NCBI GenBank assembly: GCA_965205015.1
Contig: OZ242029.1
Coordinates: 2,688,001 to 2,752,000, forward strand
From: Candidatus Poribacteria bacterium
GTDB lineage: Bacteria; Poribacteria; WGA-4E; WGA-3G
Reading direction: 5' to 3'
DNA: 64,000 bases
The notes below the pieces were generated by a model. It saw only the letters and a program-made list of their open reading frames with translations. It had not been told where the DNA came from and searched no databases. Position 1 is the first letter of the stretch; the number at the start of each line of letters is the position of its first letter. Shown here piece by piece: positions 49,543-58,804 of the stretch. The position numbers and the translations under genes are program-made.

Positions 49543-49683
49543 ATAGTAACTCAAGTTACCACCTTTATAGCATCATCTGTTAGATTGTGCCTGTGAGGAC
49601 GCGGAAAGGTGGTGTTTGCATACCTAAAATCTATAAGTAGCAACTTGGGTTAATATAGCACAAAATAGGGGTTAGGAAAAATA

Positions 49684-52656
49684 TTAATTCCGCGCTTCAG
49701 GCGTAACAGTCAACGCCACTTGCTCCCCATCTCGAATAACAACAACTTCGACGGGTTCTCCAATTTTCACAGCATCGAGGGCATAGGTGTAATCGTAAAT
49801 GTTAGCGATCTTCTGTCCGCCAAATTCGACGATAACATCGCCACCCTTCAAACCGGCTTTATCGGCAGGACCCCCAGCGCGAACGCCGGAGAGTTTAACA
49901 CCAGTGCCTTCCGTTGTATAGTCGGGAATCGTGCCAAGATAGGCACGCAACGTATCGCGACTCCCACCCTCTGGCTGGCTCCGTTCGACCTGGACGTATT
50001 CTGGACGTTCAGGGATACTAATGACGTCTAAAACAATACCGTGCGCTAATTGAGAGATCCGATCAAGTCCGTCATAATTGAGGGTTTCTATATCATCCGT
50101 TGGACGGTTATAGTCTTCGTGTCCACCGGTGAAGAAGCTAAGCACTGGTACCTCTTTCGGATAAAAAGCCGTCACGTCCGTTGGTAGATACGGATCGGTT
50201 TGTAATGTTAGATTGAAACCGATAGGAACATTCCGCTTTTCAATGAGTTTCGTCCACACAGATGACGAACCGACCCCTTGCAAGATGAGGTTGTTGTCAC
50301 GGAGTCGTCCCACCATATCGAAGTTGACATACGCTACCACTTTATCTAAGGGAACGATTGGATGGTTAACAAAGTGGGTGGATCCGATGAGTCCGAGTTC
50401 CTCTCCCGACCAGAGTGCGAAAATAACGCCTCTGTTAAATTTTTCGGGATATGCTTTGGACGCTTCACTGAGGGTCCTCGCCAATTCTAAAACGACAGCA
50501 GTACCGGAGGCGTTATCATCTGCCCCGTTGTGAATCTGCCCTGCTTCGTCCTTCCCCGCGAGGGAACCGATTTCGCCGTAGCCGATATGATCGTAGTGCG
50601 CGCCGACAACGACGTACTCGGTGTCATCCGTTAATTGCGGCGGTGGGAGCAGCGCGATGACATTCTGATCGGTTTTCTTAACCTTCTCAACCGAAACGAC
50701 GATTTTGACTTTGACATCGGGTAACGGAAATTGTCCAAGGAAGTGTGGGTTTTCCACGTCAAGCCCTGATTGCACTGTTTTTAAATCCTTGCCAGATGGT
50801 GCAAAAAGCGCATTCGCGACGGTATCACTAATTGACGCAGCGACAATGCCAGAGTCTGCGAGGCTACTGTCGAAGTCGAGAGGGATCAATTGACCCGCAT
50901 TTGGAGAGTTCGGACCGGCGACGACGAGAAACGCCTGTGCGCCGTGCTCCCGTGCTTGCATCGCCTTGTATCGGAGCCCCGCATACCGATTCAGTTGTTG
51001 ACGGCGTTCGGGTTCAACTTCTTCAGGGACATAACGGAGGGCGACGACAATTTTGTCCTTCACATCTAACCCTGCATAAGCGTCATACCCTTCACCTAAC
51101 TCGCCGGGGACGGTTAACCCGTATCCAACAAAGACGACTTCGCCTTCAACGACACCGTTACGGGAGAAAGAGAGCGGCTGAAAATCTTGTTCTACGCTGA
51201 ATTCTAATGCCTGTTCAGCACCATGTACCTGACGTGTAATGTAGAACCGATTTTCCTCAGATATAATCTTCCGCCCCGCAGTGAACTCAAATTCTTGTCC
51301 AAATCCTCGTAGGTGACTCACTTCATCACCGACAGACTTGAGAGCAAGTTCTTCAAATTGGGTGGCGATATGCGCTGCTGCGCGTTTCGCGCCTGCTGAA
51401 CCCGTCATTCTACCTTCAAGGGCATCGTCTGCCAGAAATTCAATATGTTGACGGATACTCGTTTTTTTAGAAGGTTTCGAGTTGGAAACCGTTTGGACGG
51501 AAGGCACAAATGAATTGGGATTCCTTGGTGACGAGATAACAGCATTCAGGGCAGCTTCATGATTCCAGTCGGCAAGGTAAAGTTGCGAAACCTCTTGACT
51601 GTTCCGATTCGAGGTCCAGCACAAACGGCTGCCGTCTGGTGAAAAGACAGGTAGCCCGTCAAATCCATCGGTTGTGGTAACACGAACCGGTTCGTGTCTA
51701 CCTCTCCCATCGACGAGATATAGCTCAAAGTTAGAGAATCCAAGTTTGTTAGAGGCGAAGATAACATACGCACCGCTCGGGTGGAAGTAGGGTGCCCAAG
51801 ACATGCTATTGAAATCGGTGAGTCGCCGCACACTTGAGCCATCTGTCCGCATTGTGTAGATGTCGGCTTCGCTGCCGTCAGGTGTAAAGTGTCGCCAGAC
51901 GATGTGCTGCCCATCGGGTGTAAAGAAGGGACCCCCATCATAGCCCGGAGAATCCGTCAGTTGAATTTGGTCGGAGCCGTCGGCGTTCATGATATAAATT
52001 TCGCCGAAATAGGCAGGATCGACTTCCAACTGTTTCAGGTCCTTTGGGGAGAGTTGACTTTTGGGGTATGCGTTCCGCAGTGAACAGAAAACGATACGTT
52101 TGCCGTCAGGCGAATAGGAGGCTTCAGCGTCGTAGCCGGGCGCGTCTGTCAGTTGTTTGAGGTTACTTCCGTCTCGGTTTGCCGAGAAGATGTCCATCTT
52201 TTCATCGTAATCCCAACTGTAGCGTCTCTCTTTTCCCGATGCCCGGAATTTCAGCTCCTCTTCCTGTTTCGCTTCCGCAAAGGCATCGTGGTGGGTCGAC
52301 GCATAAAGCACTTCATCCGTCCCTGGACGGAAGAACGCACACGTTGTCTTCCCTACACCCGTTGAGACGCGGTGTGTATCCCCTGTTAGTAAGTCTAAAA
52401 GATAGATTTGATAGAACGGGTTATCCGATTCGCGTTCACTTTGGAAGATGAGTGCGTTGCCGTCTTCAGAGAAATACCCCTCGCCGGCGCGTTTTCCATC
52501 ATAAGTGAGTTGTCGGATATTGCTGAGAAATTGGGACTCGTCGGCAGAGCTTGCGTCTGTTCCATCTGACGGCGCGTGCTGTGCTTGCACCTCGTCTGTT
52601 AGGAAAACAGCAAAGAATATCGCGCAGGAAAAAACGAGCCATTTGATATAGCGCAT
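49684..52656 (-). CDS. Secreted M28 aminopeptidase with TolB/PD40 propeller, PA and PDZ domains
   Basis: PD40 repeats; motifs GAHYDH, GADDNASG, SGEELGL, NFDMVGR; C-terminal PADKAGLKGGD (PDZ). Confidence 0.9.
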   Translation of the reverse strand: MRYIKWLVFSCAIFFAVFLTDEVQAQHAPSDGTDASSADESQFLSNIRQLTYDGKRAGEGYFSEDGNALIFQSERESDNPFYQIYLLDLLTGDTHRVSTGVGKTTCAFFRPGTDEVLYASTHHDAFAEAKQEEELKFRASGKERRYSWDYDEKMDIFSANRDGSNLKQLTDAPGYDAEASYSPDGKRIVFCSLRNAYPKSQLSPKDLKQLEVDPAYFGEIYIMNADGSDQIQLTDSPGYDGGPFFTPDGQHIVWRHFTPDGSEADIYTMRTDGSSVRRLTDFNSMSWAPYFHPSGAYVIFASNKLGFSNFELYLVDGRGRHEPVRVTTTDGFDGLPVFSPDGSRLCWTSNRNSQEVSQLYLADWNHEAALNAVISSPRNPNSFVPSVQTVSNSKPSKKTSIRQHIEFLADDALEGRMTGSAGAKRAAAHIATQFEELALKSVGDEVSHLRGFGQEFEFTAGRKIISEENRFYITRQVHGAEQALEFSVEQDFQPLSFSRNGVVEGEVVFVGYGLTVPGELGEGYDAYAGLDVKDKIVVALRYVPEEVEPERRQQLNRYAGLRYKAMQAREHGAQAFLVVAGPNSPNAGQLIPLDFDSSLADSGIVAASISDTVANALFAPSGKDLKTVQSGLDVENPHFLGQFPLPDVKVKIVVSVEKVKKTDQNVIALLPPPQLTDDTEYVVVGAHYDHIGYGEIGSLAGKDEAGQIHNGADDNASGTAVVLELARTLSEASKAYPEKFNRGVIFALWSGEELGLIGSTHFVNHPIVPLDKVVAYVNFDMVGRLRDNNLILQGVGSSSVWTKLIEKRNVPIGFNLTLQTDPYLPTDVTAFYPKEVPVLSFFTGGHEDYNRPTDDIETLNYDGLDRISQLAHGIVLDVISIPERPEYVQVERSQPEGGSRDTLRAYLGTIPDYTTEGTGVKLSGVRAGGPADKAGLKGGDVIVEFGGQKIANIYDYTYALDAVKIGEPVEVVVIRDGEQVALTVTPEARN

Positions 52657-52761
52657 CTCAATCCCTCCGATTGTGGTATGACCTTCTCATAAACGTGCGA
52701 TAATGCCCTTCGCATTTGGACGCGTACGCCGCAAAATCGCACGGCTACAAACAGGTTGATG

Positions 52762-53613
52762 CTATAGGTATTGCGCTGCTTTCTGTTTGAGGAACGCGAG
52801 ACCCTCTATGGCGAGGCTCTCGGCACTCGGTGCGATGTCGCGCCAGATGCAGGTCGCTGCGGCGATTTCCTTGACTGCCGGTGTAAATGATTCAATCACG
52901 AGCCATCTGTCGTAATTTACCTTTGCGAGTGCACCGAAGACGCCGTCCCAATCTACAAGTCCTGTGCCTGGTGTACCGCGGTCGTTTTCACAGCAGTGAA
53001 CGTGATGTAAGAAATCGCCCGTCGCGATGATAGCGTCCGCTTGATTTTTTTCCTCAATGTTCATGTGGAACGTGTCCAGATGCACCTTGAAGTATGGGCT
53101 GCCTACTGCTTCACACAGTTTAACGGCGTCTTCGGCAATGTTGATGAAGTAGGTTTCGAACCGGTTAAGCGGTTCACTGGCGAGCGTAACGCCGTATTTT
53201 CCACCGGCTTCACACACCTCTTGCAAACCTTCAACACACCATTCCCACTCCTGTTCGTTTCGACCGCGCCCAACGAGTTTACCGACAGCACTATACATGG
53301 GTCCAACGAGCGTATCGGCACCCAATTCGGCGGCAATTTCACAACACCGCTTGAGATAGGTTTTTCCGTTTTCGCGAATCGCAGGATCTTCGTCGATTGG
53401 GTTCCTGTCCCCTGCCATGATATTACATCCGATGGTTTCTAAGCCGGTATCCTTCAGTAATGCTTGCGTGTAAGGGATATCCACTGTATCTGGATCAAAG
53501 ATGGGGATTTCGACGCCATCAAACCCCATGTCGGCGACTTTAGGGATCAGGTCTGCGGTTTCTCTGTCAAACTTATCCGCCCAGAGTAATAAATTTACAC
53601 CAAACTTTGGCAT
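52762..53613 (-). CDS. D-tagatose/D-psicose 3-epimerase family
   Basis: Motifs EPLNRFE, HLDTFHMNIEE, HCCENDRG, VIESF. Confidence 0.88.
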   Translation of the reverse strand: MPKFGVNLLLWADKFDRETADLIPKVADMGFDGVEIPIFDPDTVDIPYTQALLKDTGLETIGCNIMAGDRNPIDEDPAIRENGKTYLKRCCEIAAELGADTLVGPMYSAVGKLVGRGRNEQEWEWCVEGLQEVCEAGGKYGVTLASEPLNRFETYFINIAEDAVKLCEAVGSPYFKVHLDTFHMNIEEKNQADAIIATGDFLHHVHCCENDRGTPGTGLVDWDGVFGALAKVNYDRWLVIESFTPAVKEIAAATCIWRDIAPSAESLAIEGLAFLKQKAAQYL

Positions 53614-53865
53614 TCTGTATTGTTCTCCTTAATAACTGAATAACATGTACTGGAATGTGTACTATTTTTTGCAGTTTAGCACAAGTTGGAAAGCGTTTCA
53701 ACTTTTTTATAGCATCCTTTCAGAGCCATTCAATTTTGGGTGGACTCTTGGAAGAATGAAGCGGGGGTTTTATGAGAGAATTGAATGCCTCTAAGATGTG
53801 CTGGCGTCTTCAGATGCTATGCAGCATATAGGTTAGGGTAAGGTGCTGTGAAGGAGATATGAAAG

Positions 53866-54076
53866 TTTCACAGTAAGCGTTTGAGAAAGGGGTTTTGTAA
53901 CTCCCGCGAAACATAGGTGTGGTATAGGGTTAGAGCCGTTTGGCGGACGTTACCTTTTTGGGTGTTTACTGTGAAATTTTAAAATTGGGACTCAATTCCG
54001 ATCCCTTGAAAACGCAGTCATAGTGTGGGTTTAGAGCCACTTTGGGAATTTCGTGATTTTTGGGTTTACTGTGAAA
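53866..54076. repeat. Inverted/direct repeat block, possibly IS-end or MITE remnants
   Basis: TTTCACAGTAA at 53866 is inverted to TTACTGTGAAA at 53966 and 54066 (100-bp period), each preceded by TTAGAGCC. Confidence 0.5.
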
Positions 54077-54341
54077 AGATTGTTTTGTTGAAATAGATAT
54101 AACATTTTGGTAAATTATGACGTTAAAATGTTTAACATTTTTCTGAATGTTCTTGCTGAGGTGATGCTATGTGTGTATCGTCTGAATGCACGTCGCATTT
54201 GGGCGAGTACGCCGCAAATCGCGGATTGACACGGATTTTACGGATTTCGCGGATTTTTGGGACTTCTGGGTATCGAGTACTGTCTGTTGAGTATTGCGTT
54301 TCGTATCCGTTGATCCCTATGATTTTCGCGGTAGTTTTTTG

Positions 54342-54556
54342 TAGGTTGGGTTGAACGCAACTTCACCGGAACCCCGCAATCCTCGAAAACCTCGGACAGA
54401 CAAAAAATATCAATATCTCCAACTCCGTCGTGAAACCCAACGAAAACCTTGAAAGGTTGGGTTTCGCTGCTTTTCCGTGATGCAGCAGAGTTCCCACAAG
54501 ATTAGCGGTCCTTGAGTATATCCTGATTTAGATCAATTCCGCTCAACCTAACCTAC
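54342..54556. repeat. GTAG-family REP pair (REPIN-like)
   Basis: GTAGGTTGGGTTGAACG...GTGAAACCCAAC / GTTGGGTTTCGC...CGCTCAACCTAACCTAC. Confidence 0.7.
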
Positions 54557-54577
54557 GACTGGAATCCCGAAAAATTC

Positions 54578-54606
54578 GTGACAAAAAAATTCTTTTTTGC
54601 TATAAT
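54578..54606 (+). promoter_or_regulatory. Sigma70-type promoter GTGACA-17-TATAAT
   Basis: Read directly from the sequence; upstream of the structured leader and MTase. Confidence 0.65.
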
Positions 54607-54611
54607 ATATT

Positions 54612-54952
54612 TGACGTGAACGTAAGGCTTTGAAAGCACCTTTACTAATAAAGGGATGTTCACGTCAGGGCAGCTTCCTAATTCATTAGGCGCGCCGCAG
54701 GTACTACCAATACCCGCGACGCTTCAGCACTGCCATAGAACAGGTATGACAGCGCTGGTTTCTATTGTATCACAATATACGCTTGGCGTGTGAGATTAAT
54801 AGAGACCAGCACCCTATAGGGAAGGTTGCCGAACACCTTTCTATTATCTCCCGACGCGCCTATCAGCGCGCCCACCCCTATAGTCCTGTCATTTTCTTAG
54901 ATTTAGAGAAAAGGGTATTCCTTTTTCTCATGTTGCAGCCTACCAGAGGACT
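54612..54952 (+). ncRNA. Candidate structured 5' leader/ncRNA
   Basis: At least 6 nested perfect or near-perfect stems (see findings); only one copy in the window, so no covariation evidence. Confidence 0.45.
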
Positions 54953-56422
54953 ATGAACATTCGATTTGCACCCAACACGCTATATTACGGCGATTGCCTT
55001 GATATTATGGCTGACTTTGAGGACAAGTGTATCGACCTGATCTGCCTTGACCCGCCATTTAACTCAAATGAGAAATATAACAAGGTTTTCAAGGATTCGG
55101 GACTCCTTATTGATCCACAAATCAAAGCGTTTGATGATGTCTGGCTCTGGGACAACACGTCCGCAGAACGCGTTGAGCGCGTCAAAAACGCAGTTGCCAA
55201 CCCTGCATCAAAGGTGATTGCTGGGTTTGAAGGATTCATTCCGCAAAGTAAGATGTTGTCCTACACCTCCTACATGGCAGAACGCCTCTTTATGATGCAC
55301 CGCATACTCAGGGATACAGGAAGCATCTACCTACACTGCGATCCCTACGCCAGCCACTACCTCAAACTCATAATGGATGCGATCTTCGGTGAGAAGAACT
55401 ACCGGAATGAGATTGTATGGCATTATCGCAGGTGGACAGCAGGAAACAGAAACTTTCAACGGATGCATGATGTTCTTTTCCGATATACAAAATCAGATGA
55501 TTTCAAATTCAATGTACAATATGAACCCTATGGCGATTGGATAAAGAAGGATTATTCATACACAGATAACGACGGTAGAAGATGGCGTTGGCACACTGTT
55601 AAAGGAAGAAGATACAAAGTCTATCTTGAAGATGAAAATAGAGGAGTTAAATTAAATGATGTATGGCAGATACCGCATTTAGGATCAACTGCCAATGAAC
55701 GGCTCGGCTACCCAACCCAAAAACCGATCGCACTCTACGAACGCATCATCAAAGCGTCCTCTAACCCCGGCGACCACGTGTTAGACCCTTTCGCGGGCTG
55801 TGGCACAACCATAGAAGCTGCAAAGAAAAACGGGAGGGATGTTATCGGTATAGACATCCTGCCCTTCGCACTCCGTTTGATAAACCGCTACCGCCTTGCC
55901 CCTAACGGTATAACGCCGCTTCCGATCGAAGGTGTGCCTGTTGATATGCACACCACCCGTCAACTTGTGAGCACCGCTCCGTTCAAATTCCAGGACTGGG
56001 CGATCTCACTCATAGATGGCTTGGCATCCAACCCACAGAAAGTTGGCGATGATGGTATTGACGGATTTGGGGTGTTCCTTAACACGCCAGATAATATGGA
56101 TCGCAAAGCGATTATCGTTCAGGTTACAGGTGCCTCCGGCTCACAGAAGGCGAAGTTTGATAGACTTCACGCGAATATCCGAAACGAGAACGCCGCGATG
56201 GGAATCTTAATCACACTCGACGCGCAGATCGCACAACACAATTGGAAACACACCTTAGACCCTATAAGGATGGGTGAAACCACTTACGCTCCTATCCAAT
56301 GTTTTTCTATTGAAGAATACTACCGAAACAACGAGCGATGGGATCGGATATTGACCCTCCCCCCACTGGCGAATCCATGGACTGGGAAGCACATGCAGCA
56401 AAAGATTTTATTTGATGCGTAA
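54953..56422 (+). CDS. N6-adenine DNA methyltransferase (beta class) fused to an Mrr-like C-terminal domain
   Basis: LDPPF, then YPTQKP and DPFAGCGTT; C-terminal FQDWA...GDDGIDG...IVQV. Confidence 0.88.
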   Translation: MNIRFAPNTLYYGDCLDIMADFEDKCIDLICLDPPFNSNEKYNKVFKDSGLLIDPQIKAFDDVWLWDNTSAERVERVKNAVANPASKVIAGFEGFIPQSKMLSYTSYMAERLFMMHRILRDTGSIYLHCDPYASHYLKLIMDAIFGEKNYRNEIVWHYRRWTAGNRNFQRMHDVLFRYTKSDDFKFNVQYEPYGDWIKKDYSYTDNDGRRWRWHTVKGRRYKVYLEDENRGVKLNDVWQIPHLGSTANERLGYPTQKPIALYERIIKASSNPGDHVLDPFAGCGTTIEAAKKNGRDVIGIDILPFALRLINRYRLAPNGITPLPIEGVPVDMHTTRQLVSTAPFKFQDWAISLIDGLASNPQKVGDDGIDGFGVFLNTPDNMDRKAIIVQVTGASGSQKAKFDRLHANIRNENAAMGILITLDAQIAQHNWKHTLDPIRMGETTYAPIQCFSIEEYYRNNERWDRILTLPPLANPWTGKHMQQKILFDA

Positions 56423-56555
56423 AGAAGAAAGTTCTATGAAACACAATAGTAGTTGCGACGACCGTCGGAATACTTCAGATTTTTCTCTAATGTTGAAACA
56501 AAATGAATAAACCAAAGGGCGCGACTCACATTGTCCCTTAACTTTATAAAAAAAC

Positions 56556-56801
56556 ATGTTTACAGCACAAGCACACCTCAGGACTCAATCCCGTGGGACG
56601 CTGTTATCCAGCAAGGAAATCACCGGGGCAACACAACTGGAGCTCGAGACTTCTGCAGAACATTGGGCACAGCAGAAGCTTCACGACCTCGGCTATCGGT
56701 CAATCCCGTATGCCGAGGGGTATTGGCTACGCGACGGGACGCTTAAGCATTACGACTGGGGCAACATCGTTTTGACGCTCGAACTCATGGAGGAAACGTA
56801 G
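56556..56801 (+). CDS. Hypothetical protein, in frame with the next ORF
   Basis: ORF only; its TAG is immediately followed by an in-frame ATG (56802..57176). Confidence 0.35.
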   Translation: MFTAQAHLRTQSRGTLLSSKEITGATQLELETSAEHWAQQKLHDLGYRSIPYAEGYWLRDGTLKHYDWGNIVLTLELMEET

Positions 56802-57190
56802 ATGCCGATTGGAAGTGAATTTGATAGAGACATCGTCAGACCGAAACATCAAATGGCCGTGCCAGGGCTTGGCGTTTTTATTGCACCGAACGCTGTCGCA
56901 CGCCTATTTCAACTTCATAACTATACGAAGTGCCCGCGGCTCTGTCCCCAGAAGGGAAACAAACGCGTGCTTTACCCTATTCTCCGACCGAATGTCAGGC
57001 ACTGCCCACGCTATTACCATCTCAGGCAGGCAGCACGGTTCAAAAACGAAAAAAGGAGAACTCTTGTAGATGTTGAACGGAATTTAACACGACCGCATAT
57101 TATATTCCGAAGACTCTTGAAAGACGCTCAAAAAGTTATACATAGGATAATTCCTTCAAAGCGTCTCGCTTTGTAGATTGGATAGGGACA

Positions 57191-57874
57191 ATGAGAGAAG
57201 CCGTAGTAGAACAGGCAGTCAAAACCTATTTTACCGACAAATTTCCACAATTTTCAGTATCCCAACAGTGTGAAATCCAATTTGGCACGCGACACGGCAT
57301 CGCGGACGTTGTGCTGCATCAGCCGATTCAAGATGGAAAAGGGTACTTTGTCGCAATTGCGGAGTGCAAGATATTACCTCTCCCCATCCTACGAGCACAA
57401 GCGAGAGCACAATTGAAAAGTTATATGAGTGCGACTAACACACGGTATGGCATTCTCGCTGTCGGCACGGATCCCCGGCATTGGGAGTTTTGCGAGAATA
57501 AATATAACAATTGGTTTGCTGAGATCAATAGGGAAGATTTTGAATGGGGCATTAAGAATTGGGAGCCTGTATCGGCAGCGGCTTTAACCATAGACGAACA
57601 AGCAAAGCATAGAACTTCGCACTGGTGGAAACGAGCTGCCCAGTTTTTAGGCGTTCTGTTTATTGTTAGCATCGCGTCACTTTTGTTGCTGTGGCCGGAT
57701 CCGCCAGAGCCAATTGTTTATATCACGCGGACGGGAAAAAAATATCATACCTACACCTGCGAGTTCTTGGCGGAGCGCGGCGTAGAAAAATTCGCGATTT
57801 ATTTCGATGAAGCCGAAAAGAATTATGACCCTTGTGGGATTTGCGATCCGTATAGAACAGCAAAATCAAGATAA
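57191..57874 (+). CDS. HsdR_N-like PD-(D/E)XK domain + TM helix + C-terminal Zn-binding (Ada-like) module
   Basis: ADVVL...AECK...QLKSYM...YGIL; TM segment FLGVLFIVSIASLLLLW; VYITRTGKKYH..C....C..C. Confidence 0.7.
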   Translation: MREAVVEQAVKTYFTDKFPQFSVSQQCEIQFGTRHGIADVVLHQPIQDGKGYFVAIAECKILPLPILRAQARAQLKSYMSATNTRYGILAVGTDPRHWEFCENKYNNWFAEINREDFEWGIKNWEPVSAAALTIDEQAKHRTSHWWKRAAQFLGVLFIVSIASLLLLWPDPPEPIVYITRTGKKYHTYTCEFLAERGVEKFAIYFDEAEKNYDPCGICDPYRTAKSR

Positions 57875-58178
57875 TTCCCTGCGGTTCACCAATAAAGAGA
57901 CGAAAACAGTCCTCATTATCAACGAGCATATGCGTCTATCTGGCATCCCAGAGGAAGTGCATCGGTATGTCGTCAACGGCAGGACGCCTTTAGAGTAGTT
58001 TATTGACCGCTACAAGATCACGCAGGACAAAGATAGCGGTATTGTTAACGACCCGAACGGCTGGTTTGAGAACTCCCGCGATCTCATCACAGCGATTGAG
58101 CGGATTGTTTATGTGAGTGTGGAGTCTACGCGGATTATTGAGGGGTTGCCTTCTGAGTTGACTTCTGATGGATCTTAA
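57875..58178 (+). pseudogene. C-terminal fragment of a type ISP restriction-modification enzyme
   Basis: LSGIPEEVHRYVVNGRTPLE*FIDRYKITQDKDSGIVNDPN...IVYVSVESTRII; TAG at the usual Trp position. Confidence 0.8.
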
Positions 58179-58262
58179 TTTTTCCGTTTTCGTCTTGATT
58201 TCCTTCCTCATTTATGATAAAATAAATTACATCTTCAAAACGCGCATCGTCCATAAAATGAG

Positions 58263-58571
58263 ATGCCCATAAAAACGCTACTGTTTTTCCCGCTGCTATT
58301 CTTTGCCCTCGTGCAGCCTCTCTGCACGGCGCAGTTAGAGGTTCCCGATGACACGCTCAGAACGGACATCGCCGTGCTGAAAACGGAACTTAAGCATGTA
58401 AAAGAAACCGTCAATAACGGCTTTGCCACTGTTCAAAAGAATTTTGACAGAAAAAATAATATCATCATCACCTCCATCGGTCTACCTTTGGTGATCCTTG
58501 CAATAGGGGCGACCCTGTGGAGCATTTTATTACATAGGTGTATCACCAAAAACGCCCTCCCACGGCGTTAG
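58263..58571 (+). CDS. Small secreted/membrane coiled-coil protein
   Basis: Signal peptide, heptad segment and TM helix; architecture similar to 62260..62729. Confidence 0.55.
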   Translation: MPIKTLLFFPLLFFALVQPLCTAQLEVPDDTLRTDIAVLKTELKHVKETVNNGFATVQKNFDRKNNIIITSIGLPLVILAIGATLWSILLHRCITKNALPRR

Positions 58572-58804
58572 GCTATTTGCTACTTGTTAAATTTGAGCAA
58601 CAAAACTTGTCTTAACTTTGCTGATTTTTGGTCTAAATTAACGTTGGAACTTCACCTGATCTCCTTCAACAAAGAAAAATAGAAATGATTAGTTCACATA
58701 TACCTGTTTCTAAGTGGATATTAAATTTAGCAATAAAATGTTATTCCATATATTTAGATTACATAAACTCGGATATAAAGAAATAATCAAGTCTATAAAC
58801 TTTA

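Noticed and set aside
53866-54076. CRISPR leader or degenerate array
   Set aside because: Only two direct copies at 100-bp spacing plus one inverted copy; no repeat-spacer series follows.
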